Shown one piece after another: positions 27,201 through 36,397 of a stretch of 45,785 nucleotides of DNA. The translations under genes were made by a program, and so were the position numbers. Source of the DNA: Rhizomicrobium sp. (GTDB lineage: Bacteria > Pseudomonadota > Alphaproteobacteria > Micropepsales > Micropepsaceae). The DNA lies in assembly GCA_035281345.1 (NCBI GenBank), contig DATEEB010000270.1, positions 1 to 45,785 of the forward strand, written 5' to 3'. Position 1 is the first letter of the stretch; every line of letters starts with the position of its first letter. The notes under the pieces were generated by a model. The model had not been told where the DNA came from. It saw only the letters and a program-made list of their open reading frames with translations, and searched no databases.

Positions 27201-30200
27201 CGCAACCGGAATCAGGACCGGTTGACCGGGCTCGAACGGGTTGTCAAAGGACTGCAGGACAAAACCGGGATCCGGAAGGGCCATAGAATTCCGCCCGGCG
27301 GTATAGACCACGCCGGGCGCCTTGGTGTCCGCCAGAACGAAATCCAGGCCGGCCGCGATGTCGATCGAACCGGTACCGGTGCGGATCATGGTGGGCGTGA
27401 AGTAATTGACGCCCACAGTGTACTGGTCGTGGCCATCGAGCGTGACATTGCCATGGCCGGCCAGGACCGGGCCACTGCCAGGATCGAAAGCACTGATGGA
27501 CTGCACCGCCAATGGATTGGCGCTTGCCGTATCGGCGCCTGCGACAATGCGATAGGACCAGGAGGTAACCGCGCTAAAGCGTCCATTCGTGCCTTGGATC
27601 GAGCCATTGGGATCGGCGATAAGCGGGAACAGATCAGCACCGGAAATGGGCGTCTTGTCCTTCCCCGAGAAGCTGGGACTGATGCCATTGGCGCCGGCCT
27701 CGTAGGGCGCCAGTGGCGCTTGGCCGGCCGCGCCCGCGATCAGATAGCCGCCCACATTGGAGATATCCGTGGAGACATCGCCTTCGAAGTTGTAGTGCGA
27801 ACTGATCCAGGCGGTCAGATTTTTCCGGTAATTGGTGTCGAATGTATTGCGGGTGTTGAAGAAACCGTCGGTGATGGAGTCATTGACATTCACGTCCCGC
27901 GCCGCGCGCAAGGTCAGAGCGCCTGCCTCCCCGGTGACCGATCCGCCGACGCGATAATAAAGGCTCTGAATCTTGCTGATACCGGGGACAAATATCCCGT
28001 TCACCAAACCGCTGGCGGCGCCGGCGCCCAGGTTCCAAGCGTTGGCCACTGTGATGTCGCCGCCGTTCACGCCCAGATCGTCATTGACCAGTTCGATGCC
28101 CGGCTGCAGATGCAGAATGCTGGACGGCACGGCGTCGAACTTTGCCCGCGCCGCGGATGAGAGAGAAAAATTCTGAACAAAGTCGATCAAAGTGCCGGTG
28201 CACACCCCAGGCGTGCTGCATTGGCCGAAGAAGCCGGGCAGCGCCAAGGGATCGATCACGCCCTGAAACGCGCTATTGCCCGGTTTGAAGACGCGATAAC
28301 CTTCCACCGTGACACTGGCGGCGCCCTGGATCGCGGTTCCAACCGGATTGATCGCGACATCGTCAAAGGCGGCGCCGATCAGCGCGGCACGCAACCGCAC
28401 CGTACCGCCATTGGCGGCATTGGCGGTGTTGGCGGTGTTGGCGGTGTTGGAAACATCTATCAGACCACCCTGCAGATCCAGACGGCCAAACTCTCCGCTG
28501 CCGATCAGGACTTCGCCGCCGCGCTTTTCTGCATCGGACGCCGTGGCCAGAAGTTGCGCCTTGGGGGTGAGGATCACGCTGTCCCGGCCGAAAAGCGAAA
28601 TATTGCCGCCCTTGGCGCCGGAAGCATCCAACACGCTGTCCACCGTCAAGTCACCACCATCGGCGGTGATCTTGATCGACGCCGCCTTGAGGCCGGAAGC
28701 GACTTCGACGTCACCCAGGCGCAGATGCACATCCACCGCGGCATCGAACAGACCGGGCAAAGCAAGCGAGGCGCTGCCCAGGCTTTGCGTATCAACCGTC
28801 AGCCGGCCGCCGCTGTCGCCGGCGACGGTGCCTGCAATCACACGGGTATCGAAGGCCGCGCCGTTCGAAAGAATAGTGCCGTTGGCCGCGCTCAGCACAA
28901 TCTGGCCGGCTATGCCGGGCGCTGTTTGCGGAGAAGACACATCGATCAAGGCGGTGGCATCGGCGTCAATCGAGCCAAGGTTTGCAACCAGTTTGACCGA
29001 GCCGCCGCCCACGCCTTGGGTCACATCGAAAAAGGTCGAAACAAAGCCGTTTGCCGCGATCCGGCTATTCTCTTCCAACCTAATGTCGCCGGATGTCGCC
29101 GTCAGATGGATGCCGCCCGCGGTTGCCTGCAGCAGGCTGTCTTTGCCCAGGGTGATCGAACGTCCCGTCAGCACGAAACTGCCCCCGACTTGATCCTTGG
29201 GCACAGCTTGGGTGGATGCCGCCCCGCCCAAGGTAACAGCGCCGGTAGTCGTCACGGACTGATCGGCCTTGGCGCTTACCAGGAACAGCGGCGCCTGGAA
29301 CGACAGGTTGGCCGAAGCGGCGTCCAAGCTTCCGGTATCTTTCCAAGCGATCAACGAGGCCGCCGACGGGACCAACGGCGCCGCCGAAACCGTCACCGAT
29401 CCGAAACCGTCCAAGGCCTTGGCGCCCGCACCGAACCCGATTTCCGATGCGGTCAGATTGAGCGAGGCGCCGCCCGCCGCCGCCGCGGACTGATCGCCGC
29501 TGGAATTGATCCAATCGATCTTGCCGGCACGCAATTGGACGGCGCCACTGCCGGTGATGGAAACCAGCGCGGCGCTGTCCAGCACCAAATGGCTTTCCGC
29601 GCCCAGGGCGAGCGTGGTGCCCCCCGCGAAATCGATGGTCCGCAAGCTTTTCAAGGTCAACGTCTCGGCCTTGGCCAGCTCGCCCGTAAGGCCGCCATTG
29701 ATATTGAGCCCGGCGCTGTTGACCGATGAACCGAAACGAATGGTCTTGGCGGTGGTCACGGAGATATTGCGGGCGTCCAGCGTCACGCCGCTTCCCGGGC
29801 GGATATTGCCGCTGGTGTCCAGCGTCAAGCTGTTGCCGCTGATGGTGGCGCCGTCTCCAACCGCGCCCGCAGCCGGTCCGGCCAAAGTGATAATGCCGTT
29901 GGTCTGCGTGACACGCCGCTTCACATCGAGGACAGCGCCATTTGAAATGGCAAGCAAGGAGCCATTGCCGACGATATTCTTCGCCTTATCGCCGATGATG
30001 AGCGTCTTTTGCGCCGGGTTCACCACCGCACCCTTGGCCCGCACCACACTGCCCGCAGCCAACACCATGCCGCGGCTGGCATTGGGATCGACACTGTTGG
30101 AACCCACCCGCGTCACCAGGATGATTTCCGGACCTTCCAAAGGCGCGGCGGCATCGTTGCTGACTTCGATGCTGTTGGCGATCACCGTGACCTGTTGGCC

Positions 30201-33200
30201 GTCGGCGGTGTCGGTGCGAAGGCCGCCCAGCAACAGACTGTCGGCCGCAAGCGCGGACAGTTGCGTCGCATCAAGACCGGCATAACCGGCGCGCGCTGTC
30301 GCGCCCGGCGACAGAATCTGCAGATCTTGGGCCGCGATATCGACTTCGCTGCCCCGCCCGCCGCTGGCCGGCGCCAAAAGAATGGTTCCTTGCAAGGCGA
30401 TGGCACTCAGCCCGCTGAACACCGCACGGCCCGCATCGGTGGCAAGCCGGGGGGGAAGCCCGGTGACATCGGATATCTTGGCGCCGAAGAAACTGTTGCC
30501 GGAGATTTGCTGAATCTCGCTATATTGCCGCCAGACCGTGGCGGATTGGACGTCGAAATATTGCTGGCGGGCGTCGCGCGTTCCGCTCGCGGCATTGGCG
30601 AAATGTCCCGCCATCCGCAAAGTGCCGTCCGGCAATGTCTTGTTCAGATAGCGCAACGCGTCCTGAGAATTGCCGACCAATGCCACCCGGTAGGCGCCCG
30701 GCAAGGTCGCATAATGGGCCGGCAAAAGCGTATAGACCCCCGCCGGAAGGCCTGGCGCGCCCGACAGCACAACAGTGCGGCCTGGGCCCGGCAAGGCATC
30801 GCGGCGCTGCACAGCGAAGTCCAGATCGATGGGAGCGGCCGCCGGGTCATAGCCGGGAATGACGGCATAGACATTGGCATTGCCCGCCAGGACATCGCGG
30901 CTACCCCCCGTGCCGGGCACAAATTCTGTCGCCTGGATATCGCCGCCGCCGGTAAGATCGATGGTGGCGCCCTTTGTAAGATCGATCGCGGCAGAGCTGA
31001 CGACCAGATTCTTTGCCGGTGGCGCGGTCAGCGGCCGTCCGGTGGAGATACCATAGCTCCAACTGGTGCCGTTGGCGGTCTGGCCGAAGGGCACATTTTG
31101 GCCCGCGAGCGAAACGGACGTGATGCTGTCAGCGCCGAAGATGACGGACTGGGTGGCAACCGCTATTCTGCTTGTCGGATCGTTGACGGATAGATCGGCG
31201 ATGGTTTGCGCGCCCAGCCGGATGGTTCCCAGCGGCGCGAGCAGAATTCCCGATTGCTCGATATGCGCGGCGCTGACGGATATTTGGCCGCCGGCCGACA
31301 AGGGCGCCAAGCGCGGCGCGCCGTTTGCGGTGAAGCGGATGGTGCCATTGCCCGCGGTGGACTTGAACGTGAAATTAACCGCCGAAACCGGATAGATCTG
31401 CGCCGCGCTAAAGCTCAGATCGCCGGCGCTAATCAATTCGCCCCCCGGCAGGGTGCCGGGAACGAGGTCCAGCGCCACGTTGGCCAGCGGCACGCGCAGC
31501 CGGATGTCGCCGGCACTGATAAAACTGCTGCTGGCCGCGCCCGAAATCGTCAGCAGATTGTGGCCGCGGAGCTCGATGAAGTCGCCGCCAGCGGCGATGT
31601 CGATGGCGCCGGCTTCGACCCGCAATACACCCGTGCCTGGGGTTGGGGGTATCTTGTTGAAGTCGCCGGCACCCCTGAGCGCTATGAACCCGGCATCCAG
31701 ACAGACATTGCAGCCCCTGGGATCGACCGGCGCGACAGTATTGATCAGCGCGATCTGCGACGCGTCCAGGAAGAGCTGGCTTACCCCGCCCAAGGTGACA
31801 TTACCGGAAAAAACCAACGTACCCGGCTCGAAATCGCCCTGGGAAGTGCTGATGGCGTCGCCGGTCACCGGTCCCATGGTGAATGTCAGGGTTTGGATAC
31901 CCGAGCCGTCGAGTCGATCCGCCAAAAAGATCGCCGAGCCCGCCAGCGCACCCAGGGGATCGGTGGGGGAAAGCCCCACCGGCACGCTATCGCCCCCCTG
32001 GCGCACAGAGATTGTTTCCAGCCCCACGCCGGTGGTTACATGTGAGGCAATGGTCAACGAGCCGCCATTGGCGCCGGCTGCTCCCGGCTGGGCCTGGAAT
32101 GCGCCATCGTAAAGCAAACTCGAGGCCTTCATGGTGATGGAGCCCGCATCGCTCCACACCGCAGTGGCAATTCTTTGCTGACCGCCGATGGTGGGCGCGG
32201 CGTCCGCCAACAGATCGAATTCGCCCGTGCTGCCCGAGACATCGATCAGGGCGCCCTGCAGGCCGATGACGGCGGCGGTGGCGGTGGTTGCGTTGATCGT
32301 CACCGACCCGCCGGCCAGGACGGTGCCGGAGCGGAACAGGGTCTGACGAGAGTCGGTCAGGGCAATACCGGACACATCCAGCCGGCTGCTAGCACCCAAC
32401 CAAAGCGTCGCATCGTTGACCGCTGTCAAAGCGATGCTGCCGCCGGGGGCGCTGATCGATCCTAGGATTTCCGCCACCGCTGTTTGTGCGGCGATCGACA
32501 CCTGGAAGCCGTTGGTTTGAACTACATGGGCGCTTCGACCGGTTACATCGATGCTGACCTTGGCTCCCGGATCGGCCTGAATAGAAGCGCCATCTCCGAC
32601 TGTCAGCGCTACCGCGGAGGAGGGAACCGCCGCGGCCGGATCATACGGCCCGGGCGAAATAATCGGAAGCAATGACGATAACGTCAGATCGACCGGTTGG
32701 CGGATGAAATCGGGCAGGAAATCGACCGCGGCGATCTGCGAAACTTTGGCGCCGCTGGCCAAAGTCGCGAGGTCGCTGCTTGCTACCAGATTGCGTTGCC
32801 GCAACACCAATGCGGTGCCCGGCGCCACCGCATTGTGACCGGCGATGGAAATCAGATTGTAAGCCCCAAAGCCATTGCCATCAAAAAATCCGGCAGGAAG
32901 CGCCAACCCGCCCGGCAACGCCGCGGAACCGATGTCGAAGGACAGCGTCTGGAGGGTCAGGGTGCCGCCCTGGGCAAAGCCATAGGCGCGGAGCGCCTGA
33001 GCCAGCGCCGTGGCATTTCCATCGGCGCTGCCATCCGAGCCGGTCAACCGGACGGCAGCGGTCAATCCGGTGGTGGTGACCGGTTCCGGCGACGCGGTGG
33101 TCGTAAATCTTCCGACATAGGTCGCCAAGGAAATATTGCCGCCCTTGCCCGCGGCGCGCCCCTTGGAATCCAGCATCATCACGCCGCGATCTGTGATCCG

Positions 33201-36179
33201 CCCGCCGCTGGATGCCTCCAGCAAGGCGCCCTGACTCAGAACGATGTCGCCGGTCAGATCGACATTGACCGGAACGCCCGCGCCGAGAACAGCCTTGCAA
33301 GCCGATGTCGAGCATCCGGCGCTGCTTGCTTTGGTCTTGAGACTGATCGAACCGCCGTCGATGAAAGCCCCGCCGATCAGATCGGCTGGCACCGCGCCAT
33401 TGTCGTTCACCCACAAGCCGCTGACATCCAGCAGCGCCGCCGAACCGACCGTCAAATCGAAAATATGCGGCCGCTCGGGACTGGTGGGCTGGTATTTCGT
33501 TCCTTTCTCGGCCAAAGAATCGCCAGAAATATGCGCGCTGGACTCGATTGTAATCGCGCCGGAATGCGCCACAAGCGCGCCTTCGATCCCGACGCTGCCG
33601 CCGGAAAGCGCGATGGCGCCGCCGGGCGTCACCGCAAGATTGGCATCCGCCGCGACATCAAGACGGCCGGAAAAATTCGCGGAGATTTTCGCGAATTCCG
33701 CATCCGACAATTTCTGGGTTGAGAGTCTGGTATTCTGTATCCTGTCGGCGGCCAATGGCGTGACGCTATCGAAGGCGCCTGTGAGCGGCGCCACATTGGC
33801 CGATACAATCAGATTGTTGGTGCCTTCGATGGAGAAGGCGCCGCCTTGCGGCATCGCCAAGGCGTCGTCCTTGTCGCTGGGACGCTGGCCACGCGCCCTT
33901 TGGCGCTGGCCCGCTGTCACGCCACCATGGAGGTCCCCGTCCAGGACATAGGCCGCCGCGTTGAGGGTGATCGAACCCGCGTCATGGCCTTCGATATAAC
34001 CGGGCTCCGGCGCCGTGCCGGCCAAAAGCGGACTGACAAAGGTTTCGGTGGTGGTGGGGCCCCAATGCGGATGCTCCAATTGCGAAAGGCCAGCGACCCC
34101 GACATAGGTCTCCAAGGGATCGGCGCGCGAAATGCTGACGATCTTGCCGTCGGCGGTGATGAGCTTGCTGGCCGAAATCCTATCACCGGCATAGGCCACC
34201 GAGCCACCGCCGACATGGATGGCCGATCCCTGGCGCAGGATGATGTCGCCATCAACACCGGAAGAAATCTGTACTTTACCGCCGGTGGTCAGCAATTGAT
34301 TGATGGTGCGCGGAACGCCGGTGGCATAGCCCGCCAAATTGGCCAGCGGGGTGCCGACCCAGTCGGCGCCGTTCAGGCTGCCGCGTTGCCGCAGATCGAC
34401 GGTCAAATCCAGGCCGCGCAAGGCGCCGTTGCGCTGCAAGGGCTGATCGGCGAATTCATTGCCGAAAGGCTTGAAGGTGAGGAAATTATCCGACATCGGC
34501 CGTTCCACGCCCTGCAGGCCGGACACGTCGATGACGCTGTCAGGCGCCATATAGACTCGCGGTGTTTGAGCCGGAAGCGTCAAGCGCACATGCTCAGGAT
34601 AGATATTGCTGCGGGACGGGTTGACCGCCGAAATCGAGACATTCGCGCCGGGCGCCTCGATCAAAGAACCGGATTCGATATTGACGAGCTGACCCTGAAT
34701 CGCGATCGAACCGGGCGCGAAATTGCCGACCGCGCTGTCGGGAATGGTTTCGCCATTTTCGGCGGGCAGGATCTGGAGACTGCCACCCCGCAAATTGACT
34801 TGCAGCCTGCCGTTCAGAAAAATCTGGCCATTGCGGGTGATGCTGGTATTGGCCTGAATGACCGCCGGCCCGCCGCCGGAACCATTGGTCACCAGATCGC
34901 CATTGAGGATCACCACCCCGCGTTCGGCATTGATCAAGCCGCTGTTGGTCACCCGGCCGGGAGAGGATATCTGCGCCGAGAGAGGCCCGTCCGTGCGCCA
35001 GACGATGGGAAAGTCGGTGACCTGAGGGCCGTTCAGGATGGTGCCGCTCGTGAAAGTGGTGTTGACGCCAACAGCGCGGAAAGTGGTGCGTGCGATAAGA
35101 GTCTCGCCGGGAAATCCGTCCGGATAGACATTGGCGATCAACTGCACCGCTTGCGCCGCCACCATCAGGGTCTCGCCCGCCGGGGTGCTGATGGTGCCGG
35201 CATTTTCGACATTGGGCGCGAACAGATAGACAAAGCCGCCGGCATCGGGCGAAATGGCGCGCGGCGCCAGGCTGGTGGTGATTTTCGCGCCCGCCTGGAC
35301 CGTGATATCGCCTTCCACCACCCGGTCGGCGGGATTGTAGGAAAAGCTTTCGGCCGGCACGGTGCCGCCATTGCCCAGGATACCGGTGTTGAGGAAGAAA
35401 CTGTTGCGCTCGCCGATGCTCATGGTCGGAGCGCCGACATCCAGCGACGAGGCGATCAAGGAATGGACATTGATCTGGGCGGTGGGGCCGAACACCACAC
35501 CATTGGGGTTGATGACATAGACGCTGCCCGGCGCCTCGATCGAACCCAGAATCATCGAGGGCGAAGCGACAAAGCGCGAACCACTGGCATCCCGGGGTCC
35601 GGCGACAATGCGGTTCAGCACCGTCCAATCGGCATTGCCCTGTTGGTCGAAGACCAGCTTTTCGCCCTTGTTGAGGTCAAAGCTCTGCCAGGTCAAAAGC
35701 GCGTTGGCCGCGGTCTGCTTGACGGTCGCCGTCGCATTGGCCGTGTCCTTCTGCAAGGCATCGGCATTGATCCACAGCGTGGGATCGCTATCGCGCGGAT
35801 TGAGCCCGGACAGCGCCGTGCCGTTCCAGGAACTGGCGGAAAGCGCCGCGTTGCCCAAGGTGAGCTGTGAACTGGCGCTGGCGGCGGCCTGGGCGGCGGT
35901 GATGCTGGCGAGATCCTGAGCGGCCCGGGCCAGATTGGCGGCGGACAAAGCCTGTTGCGCCCGAAGCGCCGGGCTGACGATACCCGGCACCTGTCCGGCC
36001 GGCGCGCCGCCAACGGAGCCGCCGGAGGCGCGCGCCAAGACGGCCGGGGAAAGCAGCGTGTTGGCGTCGGCGGCCAAGGCGGATGCAAAGAAGGACGAAG
36101 ACAGGAGCGACACGGCGGCAACGCTCGCGCACAGCGCGCGAGCCTGGCCAAGAGCTCTACGTCCAAATAGGGATTTCAA
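24231..36179 (-). CDS. Giant filamentous-haemagglutinin-family exoprotein (TPS domain, DUF3739-like C-terminus), PdtA-like, 3982 aa
   Basis: Signal peptide. TPS domain motifs LLTWQSFDL, VLNRI, YVINPNGVVFG. Long Gly/Ala/Thr beta-helix repeats. C-terminal WSSNGDLDAGRGAKT...GAGIGT...LIAPRGIVNAGDAG. Confidence 0.88.
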   Translation of the reverse strand: MKSLFGRRALGQARALCASVAAVSLLSSSFFASALAADANTLLSPAVLARASGGSVGGAPAGQVPGIVSPALRAQQALSAANLARAAQDLASITAAQAAASASSQLTLGNAALSASSWNGTALSGLNPRDSDPTLWINADALQKDTANATATVKQTAANALLTWQSFDLNKGEKLVFDQQGNADWTVLNRIVAGPRDASGSRFVASPSMILGSIEAPGSVYVINPNGVVFGPTAQINVHSLIASSLDVGAPTMSIGERNSFFLNTGILGNGGTVPAESFSYNPADRVVEGDITVQAGAKITTSLAPRAISPDAGGFVYLFAPNVENAGTISTPAGETLMVAAQAVQLIANVYPDGFPGETLIARTTFRAVGVNTTFTSGTILNGPQVTDFPIVWRTDGPLSAQISSPGRVTNSGLINAERGVVILNGDLVTNGSGGGPAVIQANTSITRNGQIFLNGRLQVNLRGGSLQILPAENGETIPDSAVGNFAPGSIAIQGQLVNIESGSLIEAPGANVSISAVNPSRSNIYPEHVRLTLPAQTPRVYMAPDSVIDVSGLQGVERPMSDNFLTFKPFGNEFADQPLQRNGALRGLDLTVDLRQRGSLNGADWVGTPLANLAGYATGVPRTINQLLTTGGKVQISSGVDGDIILRQGSAIHVGGGSVAYAGDRISASKLITADGKIVSISRADPLETYVGVAGLSQLEHPHWGPTTTETFVSPLLAGTAPEPGYIEGHDAGSITLNAAAYVLDGDLHGGVTAGQRQRARGQRPSDKDDALAMPQGGAFSIEGTNNLIVSANVAPLTGAFDSVTPLAADRIQNTRLSTQKLSDAEFAKISANFSGRLDVAADANLAVTPGGAIALSGGSVGIEGALVAHSGAITIESSAHISGDSLAEKGTKYQPTSPERPHIFDLTVGSAALLDVSGLWVNDNGAVPADLIGGAFIDGGSISLKTKASSAGCSTSACKAVLGAGVPVNVDLTGDIVLSQGALLEASSGGRITDRGVMMLDSKGRAAGKGGNISLATYVGRFTTTASPEPVTTTGLTAAVRLTGSDGSADGNATALAQALRAYGFAQGGTLTLQTLSFDIGSAALPGGLALPAGFFDGNGFGAYNLISIAGHNAVAPGTALVLRQRNLVASSDLATLASGAKVSQIAAVDFLPDFIRQPVDLTLSSLLPIISPGPYDPAAAVPSSAVALTVGDGASIQADPGAKVSIDVTGRSAHVVQTNGFQVSIAAQTAVAEILGSISAPGGSIALTAVNDATLWLGASSRLDVSGIALTDSRQTLFRSGTVLAGGSVTINATTATAAVIGLQGALIDVSGSTGEFDLLADAAPTIGGQQRIATAVWSDAGSITMKASSLLYDGAFQAQPGAAGANGGSLTIASHVTTGVGLETISVRQGGDSVPVGLSPTDPLGALAGSAIFLADRLDGSGIQTLTFTMGPVTGDAISTSQGDFEPGTLVFSGNVTLGGVSQLFLDASQIALINTVAPVDPRGCNVCLDAGFIALRGAGDFNKIPPTPGTGVLRVEAGAIDIAAGGDFIELRGHNLLTISGAASSSFISAGDIRLRVPLANVALDLVPGTLPGGELISAGDLSFSAAQIYPVSAVNFTFKSTAGNGTIRFTANGAPRLAPLSAGGQISVSAAHIEQSGILLAPLGTIRLGAQTIADLSVNDPTSRIAVATQSVIFGADSITSVSLAGQNVPFGQTANGTSWSYGISTGRPLTAPPAKNLVVSSAAIDLTKGATIDLTGGGDIQATEFVPGTGGSRDVLAGNANVYAVIPGYDPAAAPIDLDFAVQRRDALPGPGRTVVLSGAPGLPAGVYTLLPAHYATLPGAYRVALVGNSQDALRYLNKTLPDGTLRMAGHFANAASGTRDARQQYFDVQSATVWRQYSEIQQISGNSFFGAKISDVTGLPPRLATDAGRAVFSGLSAIALQGTILLAPASGGRGSEVDIAAQDLQILSPGATARAGYAGLDATQLSALAADSLLLGGLRTDTADGQQVTVIANSIEVSNDAAAPLEGPEIILVTRVGSNSVDPNASRGMVLAAGSVVRAKGAVVNPAQKTLIIGDKAKNIVGNGSLLAISNGAVLDVKRRVTQTNGIITLAGPAAGAVGDGATISGNSLTLDTSGNIRPGSGVTLDARNISVTTAKTIRFGSSVNSAGLNINGGLTGELAKAETLTLKSLRTIDFAGGTTLALGAESHLVLDSAALVSITGSGAVQLRAGKIDWINSSGDQSAAAAGGASLNLTASEIGFGAGAKALDGFGSVTVSAAPLVPSAASLIAWKDTGSLDAASANLSFQAPLFLVSAKADQSVTTTGAVTLGGAASTQAVPKDQVGGSFVLTGRSITLGKDSLLQATAGGIHLTATSGDIRLEENSRIAANGFVSTFFDVTQGVGGGSVKLVANLGSIDADATALIDVSSPQTAPGIAGQIVLSAANGTILSNGAAFDTRVIAGTVAGDSGGRLTVDTQSLGSASLALPGLFDAAVDVHLRLGDVEVASGLKAASIKITADGGDLTVDSVLDASGAKGGNISLFGRDSVILTPKAQLLATASDAEKRGGEVLIGSGEFGRLDLQGGLIDVSNTANTANTANAANGGTVRLRAALIGAAFDDVAINPVGTAIQGAASVTVEGYRVFKPGNSAFQGVIDPLALPGFFGQCSTPGVCTGTLIDFVQNFSLSSAARAKFDAVPSSILHLQPGIELVNDDLGVNGGDITVANAWNLGAGAASGLVNGIFVPGISKIQSLYYRVGGSVTGEAGALTLRAARDVNVNDSITDGFFNTRNTFDTNYRKNLTAWISSHYNFEGDVSTDISNVGGYLIAGAAGQAPLAPYEAGANGISPSFSGKDKTPISGADLFPLIADPNGSIQGTNGRFSAVTSWSYRIVAGADTASANPLAVQSISAFDPGSGPVLAGHGNVTLDGHDQYTVGVNYFTPTMIRTGTGSIDIAAGLDFVLADTKAPGVVYTAGRNSMALPDPGFVLQSFDNPFEPGQPVLIPVATNPQGFLTPQVITCDVVYRCSPYGPVTQAAYPVGGGHLTLTTQRDIVGYQNIQHGKSAASQFFAPWLLAQGTSLSTTDFGVFAPLSAFTASGGATYTPSQTSWWINFGSFGQGLMSVGGDVTVKAGRDIQELSVSLPTTARVSGGLSSTLVDANGNTIANIPVVHLNGSGDLTVIAGRDLKSGTYYEGSGDATITAGGSVSASWEIREDPANATAARHPVSTLLAVDTGKIALKARGNIDLAGIVSGPSLQDVADLSGVLTVESQSVSSYGPSSAVSLLSVTGDVVANSLWFSDGLAFNLLVPENKVFPGRAVGDAFPGGGLYPANFEAVAANGDVNIAGAFRLASSQEGTLNLLAHGSLLASSRKGQVRPISTGASLVEASFDAGHPLAGFAPKLGTASLDLGAVLLHQNDGVAHRIYAATGDIAAQFLPAANGLSRSLPLAWEITKSAKVEAAGDIVDFSFMGQNLAATDVTSIVAGRDLFYTGIWQDLLGNSDGIPDLNANQNLGGLSLMGPGFFKVQAGRNLGPFVTPAANIVAADKGRKPASDPIGTGIVTFGNTIVVGNRRMFSSEDPTAADTFARGANNKLPRQGADIIVLFGVANGIDYASAISAYVDPNTAKPPSARDYGPALGTYLQTLGYGVLSKADAWTTFSSLPPDLQHVFVDKVFISELKLPGDSNGCCYKDYSTGYNMISTLFPAAFGYTDNNVTGDAKPSLRATGELDLLHATIKTLQSASKTVINADGTTSAVEVGGDIYVMGPGGSINVGTTAVEINRKLSNSSLGILTLDNGAVSIFTDISVLVNQSRILTVQGGDIMMWSSNGDLDAGRGAKTSVDFKPLSVNFNPDDLQTINLNGLVSGAGIGTIRSTPDAPAASATLIAPRGIVNAGDAGLRSTGNLDILALLVLNAANITAAGDVTGVPEAASVNLAALESSSAAGGQAASIADDSVAAATNRGAQTARALPSLITVEVLGFGDCDPEAGRGCSVN
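28410..28450. repeat. In-frame 9-bp tandem repeat (about 4.5 units) inside the giant exoprotein
   Basis: attggcggc attggcggt gttggcggt gttggcggt gttgg, encoding NTANTANTANAAN on the minus strand. Confidence 0.8.
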
Positions 36180-36286
36180 GCCTTACCACCAACCCGTTAA
36201 GCCACAGCCCAGCGCCGGCATGTTTTTGCGCACATTTTTGCGCACCGGCGTCGCGGCGGATGATGGCGAGGCGATGAATAGTTTTT

Positions 36287-36304
36287 ATGACAAATTTGCG
36301 TAAA
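36287..36304 (-). promoter_or_regulatory. Pho-like box upstream of the giant exoprotein
   Basis: Minus strand: TTTACGC-AAAT-TTGTCAT, downstream of the DING terminator. Confidence 0.4.
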
Positions 36305-36327
36305 ATTGCCGTTTTGGTAACGGCCCC

Positions 36328-36371
36328 AAAAAATCACCGCGGCTAGGGGTTACCTAGCCGCGGTGCTTTTC
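36328..36371 (-). terminator. Intrinsic terminator of the DING/PstS gene (possibly bidirectional)
   Basis: Perfect 13-bp stem CACCGCGGCTAGG-GGTTA-CCTAGCCGCGGTG (36335-36365) with an A-run on the left and a T-run on the right. Confidence 0.85.
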
Positions 36372-36397
36372 AACACATTACGTTAGCGAAGCCTGAC

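Noticed and set aside
36183-36245. 12-codon uORF (MPALGCGLTGWW*) ending 3 nt before the exoprotein TTG, plus a TTTTTGCGCAC direct repeat
   Set aside because: No SD for the uORF and no attenuator hairpin. The Trp-Trp codons coincide with the likely GGTGG RBS, and two repeat copies are too few to interpret.
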